Virus record (IMG/VR): IMGVR_UViG_3300027708_003081
Source of the DNA: a virus
Taxonomy: Duplodnaviria > Heunggongvirae > Uroviricota > Caudoviricetes
Length of the DNA: 64,000 nucleotides
Reading direction: 5' to 3' (one strand)
Positions 8,615 through 18,466 of this stretch are shown here, piece by piece. How positions within the stretch are numbered: the stretch's first letter is position 1; each line of letters starts with the position of its first letter. The notes under the pieces are model-generated. The model was not told the origin of the DNA and did no database searches. It saw nothing but the letters and a program-made list of their open reading frames with translations. Both the position numbers and the translations under genes were made by a program.

Positions 8615-8908
8615 ATGAAAGATAAAGAATTATTTAACCATATGATTTCCCGTGTAATGAAAAAACAATATCCATTTATTGTGGAAATTGAGGTAAGTTC
8701 AGAAAGGGATATGAATAGTCATTATATTGATAAGGAAAAAAATATGACGTATAATGTTTTTTTTAAAATTAATGATTGGGGAGATTTTGATGATTGGAAA
8801 AAGTTTGAAGATTCCGTTCTTGATATAAGGGACGCCATTGGACTTAATGGTAGGGTTAGGTTTTATTATTTGGAAGCCGGCTCTGAAGATGATTATGGTG
8901 GTGATTGA
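8615..8908 (+). CDS. Hypothetical protein (KK.YPFIV family)
   Basis: ORF track; TATTTATA at 8603-8610. Confidence 0.75.
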   Translation: MKDKELFNHMISRVMKKQYPFIVEIEVSSERDMNSHYIDKEKNMTYNVFFKINDWGDFDDWKKFEDSVLDIRDAIGLNGRVRFYYLEAGSEDDYGGD

Positions 8909-8938
8909 TTATCTGTATTTTTTATTATATTTATTGTT

Positions 8939-9514
8939 ATGAAAATTATTAAATTAACTGAATCTGATTTGGGTAAAATTGTTAGGAGGGTTATAAAGGA
9001 ATCACAGGATGAGACTATTGTATATTTGCACGGATTGGATGCTGTCCCTATTGGGGTTAAAATAAATTTCTTATATTCTCTTGGGTATGATGTATTTGCT
9101 CCCCATCTTAATTATCGTAATGAGGATTCTAATGAAATATTTGATTGGATGGTGGATGAGATATCCAAAAGAAATGTGAAGTTAATTATTGGTTCATCTA
9201 TGGGTGGGTTTTTGGCATATTGTTTATGTAAGAAATTGGGTATTGATGGATTGTTATTTAATCCTGTATTGGACCCAAATATACCTATGGATAGATTTGG
9301 AATATCATTTGATACAAGTGGAAAGTATAATCCTAATATTGAAATTGTTATGGGTGAGATTGATGAACTTCTTCCTCCGCAGTTAACTATGGATTGGATT
9401 GAGTCAAATGTTGGGGACAATAATTATGATAAACATATTGAACCTAATATGGGACATAGGGTTCCTATTGATGTGTTTGTTAAATGGATTGAAAAAAGGT
9501 TATCGTCAAAATAG
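8939..9514 (+). CDS. Alpha/beta hydrolase (YqiA-like esterase) with MKIIKLTESDL leader
   Basis: YLHGL oxyanion motif, IGSSMGG nucleophile elbow, LLFNP, DELL Asp, MGHR His. Confidence 0.85.
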   Translation: MKIIKLTESDLGKIVRRVIKESQDETIVYLHGLDAVPIGVKINFLYSLGYDVFAPHLNYRNEDSNEIFDWMVDEISKRNVKLIIGSSMGGFLAYCLCKKLGIDGLLFNPVLDPNIPMDRFGISFDTSGKYNPNIEIVMGEIDELLPPQLTMDWIESNVGDNNYDKHIEPNMGHRVPIDVFVKWIEKRLSSK

Positions 9515-9617
9515 TATATATCCCCATTCCTAATAAGAGTGAGGTTTTTTTGTGTGTATTCGTAAACCGACGGACTCCGTCCCCTCCCTTCGGTCGGTTT
9601 AATCCCCCGCCCCTTTT

Positions 9618-9649
9618 TTTGGTGGTTTAATTATGTTTCATTATCTTTG
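9618..9649 (+). promoter_or_regulatory. Bacteroidota sigma70-type promoter
   Basis: TTTG 9618-9621, N20, TATCTTTG 9642-9649. Confidence 0.7.
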
Positions 9650-9664
9650 TAAAAAAGATATATT

Positions 9665-10024
9665 ATGGAACAACATTTAAAAAAGGTTATAAACAAATTT
9701 CTTGATGGTTATGTTGGTGATGGGATTAATGTTAAATATATTTTCACCCCTGTTTATGAACTTTATGGACAAACTTGGAAAATAAATAAGGACACATATA
9801 ATCTTTATTCCAATAAAGGTATTTTGATATTATCATTTAAGGTTTGCAAAAATGATTCCATTTCAATATTTCGTGGGCTTGAATTATGTAATATGATTTG
9901 CCGATTCTTTTCCGTTTGTGATGATGATGCTATGAAATATGTTAGAGAATGGTTTGCCGATAAATATGATATGAAAAAGGTTAATGATTTATTGAAATTT
10001 ATTCCTGACCCCATTAGTTCTTAA
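9665..10024 (+). CDS. Hypothetical protein
   Basis: ORF track. Confidence 0.75.
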   Translation: MEQHLKKVINKFLDGYVGDGINVKYIFTPVYELYGQTWKINKDTYNLYSNKGILILSFKVCKNDSISIFRGLELCNMICRFFSVCDDDAMKYVREWFADKYDMKKVNDLLKFIPDPISS

Positions 10025-10048
10025 TTGGGGTTTATTATATTTATTATT

Positions 10049-10360
10049 ATGGCAAATGAATTAACTAATGAGATGATTGATAAAATAATGTTTCGTTATT
10101 TTGATGGGAAATTTAAAGATTCAATTTATCGTCATAATATAAAATTTGAAGGTGGCCAAAAATGGAATGGTATTTTTTCTGCGGAAGATATGCTTGTGGG
10201 ACATCCGTCTAACGATGATAGTTTATGGTTTTCAGACGGGCCAATATTAAGTGACGGAGCTTTAATTCTTGATATAACCCAAAAAGAATATCACCAATCT
10301 ATGGCAAGATATATAAATAAAAGATACCCCGAAGTTAAAAAGATTCACAATATAATGTAA
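10049..10360 (+). CDS. Hypothetical protein
   Basis: Start revised to ATG 10049 after TATTTAT. Confidence 0.7.
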   Translation: MANELTNEMIDKIMFRYFDGKFKDSIYRHNIKFEGGQKWNGIFSAEDMLVGHPSNDDSLWFSDGPILSDGALILDITQKEYHQSMARYINKRYPEVKKIHNIM

Positions 10361-10617
10361 TGACTACAGAACAAAAATATAAAATGTTTAAGAAATTATT
10401 ATCAACTTTTTTACCAAAAAAATTTCCTGAAATTGAAAGCGTTGAGGTTGAAGATGTGAGCGAAAATTACAGGATGAAGGAGGGAATTTTTAATGTGGTA
10501 ATTTATGTTGATGGGACCGAGTACCAACAAGAACAAGATATTCAAGATTATATAAAAGAAATTTTGGACCATACGGGAGAAAAGTTTAATTTAAGTATTG
10601 AATATATTACGCTTTAA
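10360..10617 (+). CDS. Hypothetical protein
   Basis: TAATG coupling to the upstream gene. Confidence 0.75.
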   Translation: MTTEQKYKMFKKLLSTFLPKKFPEIESVEVEDVSENYRMKEGIFNVVIYVDGTEYQQEQDIQDYIKEILDHTGEKFNLSIEYITL

Positions 10618-10632
10618 AAAATACTTATAATT

Positions 10633-11214
10633 ATGCCAAAAGTTTATAATAACTATAATGAAACAGCTCAAATCACTATGTATAATGATGAAAGTGAATT
10701 ACCTAGAAACATCAAAATTTTTATTAAAGAATTGAGAAGTAAATTAGGTGATAATCTAAAATTTGATGAGTATACAGTAAGTAAAAGTTTGTTAAATCCT
10801 GGTGATAAAGATTATGACCCTGATGATAATAATGATGACTTGGATTTAAACTATTTTGTGGATGCTGAAGATTATGCAAAAGGGGAAGTGCCTGGCAACC
10901 GTCGTGATATAAATGATAAATTTGACTACCTCGCAGATGCATTAGGTATTAAAAGTTGGACTGCCTTTACCAAAATTGTAAATAAAAAAGAATTCGCAGA
11001 TAAATTTCTTAAAGAACTAAAAAAATTTATGAAATCAACTGATGTTGGTGATTATATTCATGCAATTAAATTTAATGTAAATAATACTCACGATTTGGAA
11101 CTTGTATTTGTGCTTAAAAGAGATTTTTGGAGTAGGTATAGTAACGTTAGGGATGCTGCAAGATACTATCTTGATTCACTTGGATATAACAAGGTTACTA
11201 TTCACGTTCCGTAA
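10633..11214 (+). CDS. Hypothetical protein, tandem paralog A
   Basis: Aligns with 11227..11799 (ESELPRN.KIF..ELR, DAE.YAKGE, NKKEFA.KFLK.LKK.MKST). Confidence 0.85.
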   Translation: MPKVYNNYNETAQITMYNDESELPRNIKIFIKELRSKLGDNLKFDEYTVSKSLLNPGDKDYDPDDNNDDLDLNYFVDAEDYAKGEVPGNRRDINDKFDYLADALGIKSWTAFTKIVNKKEFADKFLKELKKFMKSTDVGDYIHAIKFNVNNTHDLELVFVLKRDFWSRYSNVRDAARYYLDSLGYNKVTIHVP

Positions 11215-11226
11215 TATTTATTGATT

Positions 11227-11799
11227 ATGCCAAATATTTTTCATACACATAATGATACGGTAGAACATAGAATTTACCAAAATGAATCAGAGCTCCCAAG
11301 AAATGCTAAAATCTTTATGAGGGAACTTAGACGAGAGTTTCCTAATGATGAATTAAAACTTGATAGATATGACGAAAAAATAATCTTGGATGATGACCCA
11401 AATGATAATAATTGGTATAATTTAACTTTAACTATGAATATGGACGCCGAGAGATACGCAAAAGGTGAATATTCTTACATAAAAGACACAGACAATAAAT
11501 TTGATAGACTTTCAGATGCGCTTGGAATAGATAGATGGTTCATTTCCTCCCCATATATAAACAAAAAAGAATTTGCCGAAAAGTTTCTTAAAGACTTAAA
11601 AAAATATATGAAATCAACAGGTGATGGAGATAGTATTCACTCAATTAGATTTGATTTAACTTCAAAATATGAAATGGAAATTAAAATTATATTAAAGAAA
11701 GATTGGGTTAGTCGAAGAAGTGAATACACAATTAAAAATCTTGCGAAAGATTATTTGGCATCTCAAGGTTATAAAAATATTAGAGTTTATATTCCGTAG
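11227..11799 (+). CDS. Hypothetical protein, tandem paralog B
   Basis: Paralog of 10633..11214; start revised to ATG 11227. Confidence 0.85.
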   Translation: MPNIFHTHNDTVEHRIYQNESELPRNAKIFMRELRREFPNDELKLDRYDEKIILDDDPNDNNWYNLTLTMNMDAERYAKGEYSYIKDTDNKFDRLSDALGIDRWFISSPYINKKEFAEKFLKDLKKYMKSTGDGDSIHSIRFDLTSKYEMEIKIILKKDWVSRRSEYTIKNLAKDYLASQGYKNIRVYIP

Positions 11800-11820
11800 T
11801 ATTTATTATAAAATATTACT

Positions 11821-11934
11821 ATGGCAAAAAGAGTTAAAAAACTACACAAATTAAAGAGCAGACGCTCAACACAAAAAACAATTAAAAGAGTAACTGAAAA
11901 TTCAATTATTCTTAATAAATTAAAGGAAAAGTAA
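11821..11934 (+). CDS. Small basic protein, 37 aa (MAKRVKKLHKLKSRRSTQKTIKRV...), not in ORF track
   Basis: Read directly; TATTTATT upstream, stop 2 nt before the next ATG. Confidence 0.6.
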   Translation: MAKRVKKLHKLKSRRSTQKTIKRVTENSIILNKLKEK

Positions 11935-11936
11935 TT

Positions 11937-12461
11937 ATGAAAATTATTATAACGGAAGAGCAGTATAGAAGATTAGTTAATCAAGATGAGATTGATAGAA
12001 TACTTGATAAGATGAATGAGTTGGGTAAAGATTCATTAACACCCGAAGAATTACATATTTTACAAAATCCTGATGAGAAAATTGAACCTGAAGAAGATGA
12101 AGTAGAACTTGATGATGCTGAAAAAATAATTTTTTCAAGTGAGGTGATGTCCAGATTAATAAGTAGTGGATTTATTGATTATAAAGACATTATGATACTT
12201 GGAGATGAAAAAGACGGAGACACCGTATTTCAAATATTTCAAGTAAGTAATATAATTGACGAAGATGGATATGGTTTTGAATATTTTGATGCGGGAAATA
12301 AATTAAGATTAACAACATCACAAGAAAAAGATGAATTACTTGTTGAAGGAATGAATGAAGGAAACACCGGTGATTCTTTAATGAAAGTTATGGAATACAT
12401 AAAAGAAAATTGGGAACCAAATATTGGATTACCTGTTCACGTTGAAGGAATAGATTTTTAA
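11937..12461 (+). CDS. Acidic hypothetical protein with MKIIITEEQ leader and EIDRILDKM..G..SLT.EE motif
   Basis: ORF track. Confidence 0.8.
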   Translation: MKIIITEEQYRRLVNQDEIDRILDKMNELGKDSLTPEELHILQNPDEKIEPEEDEVELDDAEKIIFSSEVMSRLISSGFIDYKDIMILGDEKDGDTVFQIFQVSNIIDEDGYGFEYFDAGNKLRLTTSQEKDELLVEGMNEGNTGDSLMKVMEYIKENWEPNIGLPVHVEGIDF

Positions 12462-12472
12462 AACAAAAACAT

Positions 12473-12718
12473 ATGAAAAAAATAGTAAAACTTACAGAAT
12501 CTGATTTAGAGAGAATAACAAAAAGAATTATTCAAGAGGAAGAAAAAGAAAAAATGTCGTTAGTTAAAAAACTAATGCAAAAACTTAAAGGTGTATCTAA
12601 CGAACAGATAGAATACAACGCCAAACACGGATTACCTTGGGATTGGAGAGGTAGTAAAGAAGGATTCTACGAGAAGATGGAAGGTAAGGTAGGTAGAGGT
12701 AGTACAGGTTCAAACTAA
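12473..12718 (+). CDS. Hypothetical protein with MKKIVKLTESDL leader
   Basis: ORF track. Confidence 0.8.
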   Translation: MKKIVKLTESDLERITKRIIQEEEKEKMSLVKKLMQKLKGVSNEQIEYNAKHGLPWDWRGSKEGFYEKMEGKVGRGSTGSN

Positions 12719-12840
12719 TAATGTAGGGGTAAGAACCCCACTTAGGGCCGGAGCAGTTATGTTCCGCAAACTTTGGGATAAGAATTCGCTACTCTTATCC
12801 CTTTTTTTGATTAATTAAACTATTTATAATAAAAACATAT

Positions 12841-13278
12841 ATGAACAGAAGTTATAGTAAAATAAGACACATCCAAGAAGCCAATTTAAGATTGGAAAGA
12901 AAAGTTATCCTTGAAGGTGAAAGTGAGATGGACGATTCTTCGTTAGAGCCTACACAACAAGAATTATTAACAATTTCAGACGACCCAAATAAAGAGGAGA
13001 AAAGATTGTTAGGTAAAAAGTTATTTGACTTATTTGCGGCTAATAGTCCATCATCATCATTCCCAACTTGGTTAGACCAAAATGGATATAAGAAATTGTA
13101 TAAAAGATTATCAAAACTTAATGTACAGGTTAAACAGTTTGGAGAAGGAGTATTAACTGCCCAAAAATTAACCTGGTTAGGCGGTAAATATATTAATGAT
13201 TCAACATTAAAAAGTAATGTTGATAGAATATATAAAGAGCATATTGAAGATTATAAAAAAATACATCCAAACCCATAA
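12841..13278 (+). CDS. Hypothetical protein with MNRSYSKIRHIQEAN..LE leader
   Basis: ORF track; TATTTATA at 12821. Confidence 0.75.
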   Translation: MNRSYSKIRHIQEANLRLERKVILEGESEMDDSSLEPTQQELLTISDDPNKEEKRLLGKKLFDLFAANSPSSSFPTWLDQNGYKKLYKRLSKLNVQVKQFGEGVLTAQKLTWLGGKYINDSTLKSNVDRIYKEHIEDYKKIHPNP

Positions 13279-13279
13279 T

Positions 13280-13999
13280 ATGAGAAAGAAAAACATATTA
13301 ATTTCTGAACAACAACTTGCTGATTTAATGAATGATTTATTAGGTGGTGTGATTAACCCAACTATGGTAGATAGCGACAAAACTAAAAAAAATAATATTT
13401 CTACTAAATCATCAGGTTCAAGTAATGTAAGTTCAGATTTTGATGAAATGGTTAAAAAAGTAATAGATAATCTTGAAGGAGGGTACTACCACCCTGATAT
13501 GTTAAAAGATGGTAGAGTTAAAGATAGTAGATATGGTAATTCAGGTGAAACTATGTTTGGTATTGATAGGAAGGCGGGTGGAGATATAAATACAACTCCT
13601 GCTGGTGAAAAGTTTTGGGGAATAATAGATGATGCAAATGCTAGGTCTACTTGGAAATGGAATTATATGGGAGGACCACTTGAATCAAAATTAAAGGATA
13701 TTGTCCCTCAAATAATTAAACCACAATTTGATAAAAATTCTAATTTATATTTAACACCCGAATCAAGGGAAATTGTTAATGGTAATCCCGGATTATTATT
13801 TAATTTTATTTATGCTACTTGGAATGGACCAGGATGGTTCAAGAAATTTGCATCACAAATAAATAAAAAAGTTGAATATGGTGTTACAGACCCTGAAGAA
13901 TTATTAAAAGCTGCTATTGATATTAGAAAAAATAGTGGAAATAGTTTAGTTTCACAAGGAGCTTCAAAAATAGAAAGAATTACAAATACATTAGTTTAA
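13280..13999 (+). CDS. GH108-like lysozyme with ILISEQQ leader
   Basis: VIDNLEGGY catalytic motif and GETMFGI; start revised to ATG 13280. Confidence 0.65.
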   Translation: MRKKNILISEQQLADLMNDLLGGVINPTMVDSDKTKKNNISTKSSGSSNVSSDFDEMVKKVIDNLEGGYYHPDMLKDGRVKDSRYGNSGETMFGIDRKAGGDINTTPAGEKFWGIIDDANARSTWKWNYMGGPLESKLKDIVPQIIKPQFDKNSNLYLTPESREIVNGNPGLLFNFIYATWNGPGWFKKFASQINKKVEYGVTDPEELLKAAIDIRKNSGNSLVSQGASKIERITNTLV

Positions 14000-14033
14000 T
14001 AAAAAATCCCACCTTAAAAGTGGGATTTGTTTT

Positions 14034-14408
14034 TTATCTCTTATTATATTTTGATTTCAAAAACTTATCTAATGGTAAATCATCATCTTTGATGGGGCTC
14101 CACTCTTTCTCACTATCTTTATCCCATCTTTTACTATCACCAATTCCAATACTACTTGGCCTATGTTTACTCATATGTGATTTAAACTTCATTTTATTTT
14201 GAAAATCATCATCATCGCTAAATTTATCCTCAATATCAAAGCCATAATCTACAATATCATCATCCTCATTATCAGGGAATTCTGTTGATTTATTAGGAAT
14301 ATCTTCAAAATCATCATCAATCACTTCAAAACCTTCTTCACTTTCTTTAATCATTCTTTTAACCAATCTAACTAATTCAGATTCAGTTAATCTTACTATT
14401 TTACTCAT
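14034..14408 (-). CDS. Acidic hypothetical protein with MSKIVRLTESEL leader
   Basis: ORF track. Confidence 0.8.
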   Translation of the reverse strand: MSKIVRLTESELVRLVKRMIKESEEGFEVIDDDFEDIPNKSTEFPDNEDDDIVDYGFDIEDKFSDDDDFQNKMKFKSHMSKHRPSSIGIGDSKRWDKDSEKEWSPIKDDDLPLDKFLKSKYNKR

Positions 14409-14448
14409 AATTTTTATTTATTAATAAATATCACAATATTTATATATT

Positions 14449-15240
14449 ATGAAATATATTGTTACAGAAGAACAATACAAACTTATATCTGAAATTAGAG
14501 TACAAGAAGGAACTTGGGATATTACCGATAGTTATGTTGATATTTTTAATATTGTTAAAGAAAGAGTTAATGAAAAGAATATAAAAAATGCAGTTAAAGA
14601 TTACATTAAAAATGAACTTGGATATAGTCTGACTAAATTTAAGGGTTCTGACGCCAAAAAATATACCAAACTATTTCCTGATAATATTGAAGGTGATTAT
14701 AATGATATCCCATCAGAATTAAAAACAAAAGATGTTTTATCAAATCTTGCGTATTATCTTGCAAAGAAATTTTTGAGAATTAAAAGATTGAGGGGATTAG
14801 ATTGTTTTATTGAACAACCAAGATGGGGCGGCAAGCAATACTTCTTTTTTGACCCAGAACTTGAACAGTCAATAGGTTCAATTGCGGTTAAAGAAACTTC
14901 AGAATATTTTGGTGATATTAAATTTCCTAAAAATTCTTGGGCAGTTTCAACTTCAGGATTAGATAAAGAGGCTAAAGGAACTGGGTTAGGTAAACAAATG
15001 TATTTGGCGGTAATAGATGACGTTGATGTACTTTTTTCTGATAATTTTTTATATCTTGAATCTTTAAATATTTGGGTTAATGTATTACCTAATTATGTTT
15101 ATGTTGGTGCAGTATTTAATAATGTTCATAAAAAACCAAGAAGATTATCACCAAAAACAAAAATACTTGACCACGAAGAAGTGAAAAGATATTTTGCAAC
15201 TAAAAACCCAGAATTAATTAAGATAAAAACTTCAAAATAA
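14449..15240 (+). CDS. Hypothetical protein with MKYIVTEEQ leader; C-terminal half GNAT-like
   Basis: LDKEAKGTGLGKQMY resembles the acetyl-CoA-binding motif A. Confidence 0.65.
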   Translation: MKYIVTEEQYKLISEIRVQEGTWDITDSYVDIFNIVKERVNEKNIKNAVKDYIKNELGYSLTKFKGSDAKKYTKLFPDNIEGDYNDIPSELKTKDVLSNLAYYLAKKFLRIKRLRGLDCFIEQPRWGGKQYFFFDPELEQSIGSIAVKETSEYFGDIKFPKNSWAVSTSGLDKEAKGTGLGKQMYLAVIDDVDVLFSDNFLYLESLNIWVNVLPNYVYVGAVFNNVHKKPRRLSPKTKILDHEEVKRYFATKNPELIKIKTSK

Positions 15241-15360
15241 AATAAAAAAGAAGTAAAAAATAAATAAATACAAGAGTACCTGTAAGGTAAAATAAGGACT
15301 TTAATAAGTCCTTTTTTCTTTCGAGTAGTAGAAAGAATTTAATTATCATATTTATAAAAG

Positions 15361-15633
15361 ATGCCACGAACAATATTAATAAAAGAATCCGAATTAGTCA
15401 AATTAATTGAAACTGCGATGGATTTGGATAAATACACCCAATTACCTAACTTTTCTTCAAACGACGGAAATAAGGACGCCGAACAGTCTGTAGAAGAGAT
15501 TATAGACAAGTTAAAAGAACTACTTAATATGTTACAATCAGGTAAAGAAGTTGATACGACATTAAAAGGTAGAATATATAGAAATTTAGATGATTTAAAT
15601 AAAACTTTCTCAAGTATAAAATACCAATCATAG
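15361..15633 (+). CDS. Hypothetical protein with ILIKESELVKLIE leader
   Basis: ORF track; TATTTATA upstream. Confidence 0.75.
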   Translation: MPRTILIKESELVKLIETAMDLDKYTQLPNFSSNDGNKDAEQSVEEIIDKLKELLNMLQSGKEVDTTLKGRIYRNLDDLNKTFSSIKYQS

Positions 15634-15666
15634 TTTACTCTTTAATAAGGTAAATTATAATTAATT

Positions 15667-15861
15667 ATGCAAAATTTAACAACCGAACAAAAAGCAACTG
15701 CCTACAACAATTTACTTCATCAATATCAAAGACTTCAAGAAGAAGTTAGATTGATAAGAGCACAAAGTGTTAATATCTCGGAAAGCGACGAAAGAAAAAT
15801 TGTTGAGATTGAAAGAAGAATGAAAATGATTTATAACGAAACTGAAAAGTTATATCGTTAA
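15667..15861 (+). CDS. Hypothetical coiled-coil protein
   Basis: ORF track. Confidence 0.7.
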   Translation: MQNLTTEQKATAYNNLLHQYQRLQEEVRLIRAQSVNISESDERKIVEIERRMKMIYNETEKLYR

Positions 15862-16619
15862 TTAAATTTACATTTATCAAAATGATATTTTTTCGCATTA
15901 CTGGAATCCATAATCTTCCCGCAATGTGGACATTTTAATTTTTGTTTATTCAAGGCTGATTTACTTTGTTTTTCTCTAACTTCAAATTTTCTTGATGGAT
16001 TATTAGTTGATAATTTTTCTTTTACGTCCGGTCTATTTTGCGTTTGAATGTTAAGTAATCTTAAACTCTCCCTTTTTTCTTCCGTCATATTACTCCAATA
16101 TTTTTTTAAACTTTCTTTTCTTTTTTTTACGGTCTCCGGATTATTTTGAGATAATTTTAATTTTTTTATATGTTCGTCGGATAATTTTTTTCCTTTTTGA
16201 GATTCGGAAATTTTTTTAATAGTTTCGTTTGTAGGTTTATTTCTTTTAATTCTTTCTTGATACTCTTCTTTATTTAAATTATTCCAATATTTTTTTATTG
16301 ATTCTGATAATAGAATACAACTATCTTTCGACATTTTACCTTCTCTGCCGTCAATTTTACAACATAAAGATGGTATCTCTAATACTTTATAATGAATTTT
16401 CCAAAAAGTTTCTCGTTCTATTAAACTATCATTATTATCTATAATTTCTATTATCTCAAAAATATGATTTTCCCAACCGTATTTTTTTAATGAATTATAC
16501 AATATTCTTTGTCCTTTGCATTGTAGTTTTTGATATCTTTTAATTCTTTTATCAATATCCCCGCTTTGCCCTATGTAGATTTTACCTGACGGATTAGTTA
16601 TTTTATAAATTCCTCTCAT
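15858..16619 (-). CDS. GIY-YIG homing endonuclease with NUMOD3-like repeats and C-terminal CPHC zinc motif
   Basis: GIYKITNPSGKIYIGQS; ETIKKISESQKGKKLSDEH; CPHCGK. Confidence 0.9.
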   Translation of the reverse strand: MRGIYKITNPSGKIYIGQSGDIDKRIKRYQKLQCKGQRILYNSLKKYGWENHIFEIIEIIDNNDSLIERETFWKIHYKVLEIPSLCCKIDGREGKMSKDSCILLSESIKKYWNNLNKEEYQERIKRNKPTNETIKKISESQKGKKLSDEHIKKLKLSQNNPETVKKRKESLKKYWSNMTEEKRESLRLLNIQTQNRPDVKEKLSTNNPSRKFEVREKQSKSALNKQKLKCPHCGKIMDSSNAKKYHFDKCKFN

Positions 16620-16662
16620 ATATTATAAATATATCTAATCCCCGGAATATAAACAATTATTT

Positions 16663-17301
16663 TTAATAAAACTTAAACCCTGTTAATTTTTCTATATCTT
16701 CTTTTTTAACTTCTAATTTATCCAATTCAAATTTTTCGGATGTATTTGGAAAAATATAAGATTTAAATTGTTTTGTTTTTTTAATGTATATTACTTTCCA
16801 ACATTTTAATGGAACCGCAACATTATTAACACCAAATGTTTTAATTACTCCTACAGCTCCACACCATATGTGAACACTATCATTTTCAAGTGCAGTTTCT
16901 CTAGTTTTAGTTTCCAAAGTTTTCCACGAACCTGCGTTAAGTGTATGTGGTTGGGGAACCATATTAGAAAAATAAAAACATTCATCTTGAACTTCTTGTG
17001 TTTGGCATAAATTATCGGCCGCAGGACACATATGTCCCCTATCCGTACCACTACCAACATAATCAGCGGCAATATCAGTTTCTTTAGGTAATTGGGGGTC
17101 TGGTTTGAAATTATCTTTCCTTTTTAAAGGTGTTGGACAAGTAACCATAGATTTGGTTAACCACCACTCAACTAATACAGGATATCTCTTTGATTTTGAA
17201 AATACTGTAGTATAATTAATATGTTTAATTCTCACAGTATCTTGAGAAAATGTTGTAATTGAAATTAACAACAATAATTTAAATAAAAATAACTTTTTCA
17301 T
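16663..17301 (-). CDS. Secreted DNA/RNA non-specific endonuclease (NucA/EndoG family)
   Basis: Signal peptide; DRGHMCPAAD; FYFSNMVPQ..LN...W..LE. Confidence 0.9.
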   Translation of the reverse strand: MKKLFLFKLLLLISITTFSQDTVRIKHINYTTVFSKSKRYPVLVEWWLTKSMVTCPTPLKRKDNFKPDPQLPKETDIAADYVGSGTDRGHMCPAADNLCQTQEVQDECFYFSNMVPQPHTLNAGSWKTLETKTRETALENDSVHIWCGAVGVIKTFGVNNVAVPLKCWKVIYIKKTKQFKSYIFPNTSEKFELDKLEVKKEDIEKLTGFKFY

Positions 17302-17322
17302 AAATATAAATATTTATAAAGT

Positions 17323-17817
17323 ATGAATAAAAGATTTACACTCACAGAAGAAGAAAGAAAAGAAATAAGAAAGAATTATTTCTTTGAACAAAAAACCTCC
17401 GAAGAAAGAAGGTTTTGCCATAAAGGAAACACCAAGTCATTAGATGAGGTTATGGGGGAAGATGAATATGAGGACTATGTTGATGGAATTAAATTAAGAA
17501 AAAATGGTGTTAGAGGTTTAACCGATGCGTTAGAAACTCTTAGGTCATACCATACTTTAGAAAAAGTTAATGATGGTGGAGTTCATTTGGCTAATAATGT
17601 TATGAATACTTTGAAGGCTTATAAACCATACAATTATTTTGAAGAACAAAGTAAAGAATGTAATAGAGCGATGGATAAAATAATTGAATTATATAAAGAA
17701 GATGAACACGGAGAAGAATTGGTTAGTGATATTGAAAAAATAATGTCTTTTCATCATATCGACCCAAGAGCAAAAGAATTTTTAAAACATTCTTTATCAA
17801 TTATTAAAGGAGATTAA
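17323..17817 (+). CDS. Hypothetical protein with FTLTEEERKEI leader
   Basis: ORF track; TATTTATA at 17311. Confidence 0.8.
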   Translation: MNKRFTLTEEERKEIRKNYFFEQKTSEERRFCHKGNTKSLDEVMGEDEYEDYVDGIKLRKNGVRGLTDALETLRSYHTLEKVNDGGVHLANNVMNTLKAYKPYNYFEEQSKECNRAMDKIIELYKEDEHGEELVSDIEKIMSFHHIDPRAKEFLKHSLSIIKGD

Positions 17818-17861
17818 TTTTTAATAATTTTAATATATTTATTATTTTAGAAAAACTGCCT

Positions 17862-18158
17862 ATGAATCAAGAAACTATTTGGACCGCAATTGTAACAGCT
17901 GTAACAGTATTGGGTTCGTCCTCCGCTTGGAGATTTTATGAAAGAAGAGCTCAAAGAAAAGAAAAAGATGAAGGATATCTTCGTGATGAATGCAGAGAAA
18001 GAATTGCTAAATTGGAAGCTTTGTTGATTGAAAGTAGTAAAGAAAAAGATGAAATGCGTACTACTATTTTAAGATTGACGGAACAAGTTGCGGCGTTAGC
18101 AGTTAAAGTTGAATTTTTACAAAAAGAAAATTCGGAATTACATAAGTTAAAAGATTAA
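17862..18158 (+). CDS. N-terminal membrane anchor plus coiled-coil protein (holin- or lysis-accessory-like)
   Basis: IWTAIVTAVTVLGSSSAW hydrophobic segment followed by heptad repeats. Confidence 0.55.
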   Translation: MNQETIWTAIVTAVTVLGSSSAWRFYERRAQRKEKDEGYLRDECRERIAKLEALLIESSKEKDEMRTTILRLTEQVAALAVKVEFLQKENSELHKLKD

Positions 18159-18439
18159 GCATCCCACCGTACCATAGTTTTAATAGAACATTCAGGATAA
18201 AAATAATCAAGAGCTTCTTGTATTATGATATCTGCAAGTTCCCTATCCATAACTTCTTCAGTTATTATATCTCCAAGATAAATAACCGCCTCAATTAGAA
18301 GTGAGTTTGTTGTAATACTATGATTTATTGTGTGGATTTTAATTTTGGTACCCTTTCCATATATCTCTTCCACTTCATTTTTTCTGTATTCGTTAAGATA
18401 TACCTCTATTAGTCGAAAAAGTCTTTTTTTCGGGTCCAT
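18155..18439 (-). CDS. Hypothetical protein
   Basis: ORF track. Confidence 0.75.
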   Translation of the reverse strand: MDPKKRLFRLIEVYLNEYRKNEVEEIYGKGTKIKIHTINHSITTNSLLIEAVIYLGDIITEEVMDRELADIIIQEALDYFYPECSIKTMVRWDA

Positions 18440-18466
18440 AATAAAAATATAAGATAGAATTAAATA

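Noticed and set aside
15858-16619. Group I intron around the GIY-YIG gene (or around the HNH gene at 51315)
   Set aside because: Flanking genes are intact, there is no room for an intron core, and each endonuclease has its own TATTTATA motif.
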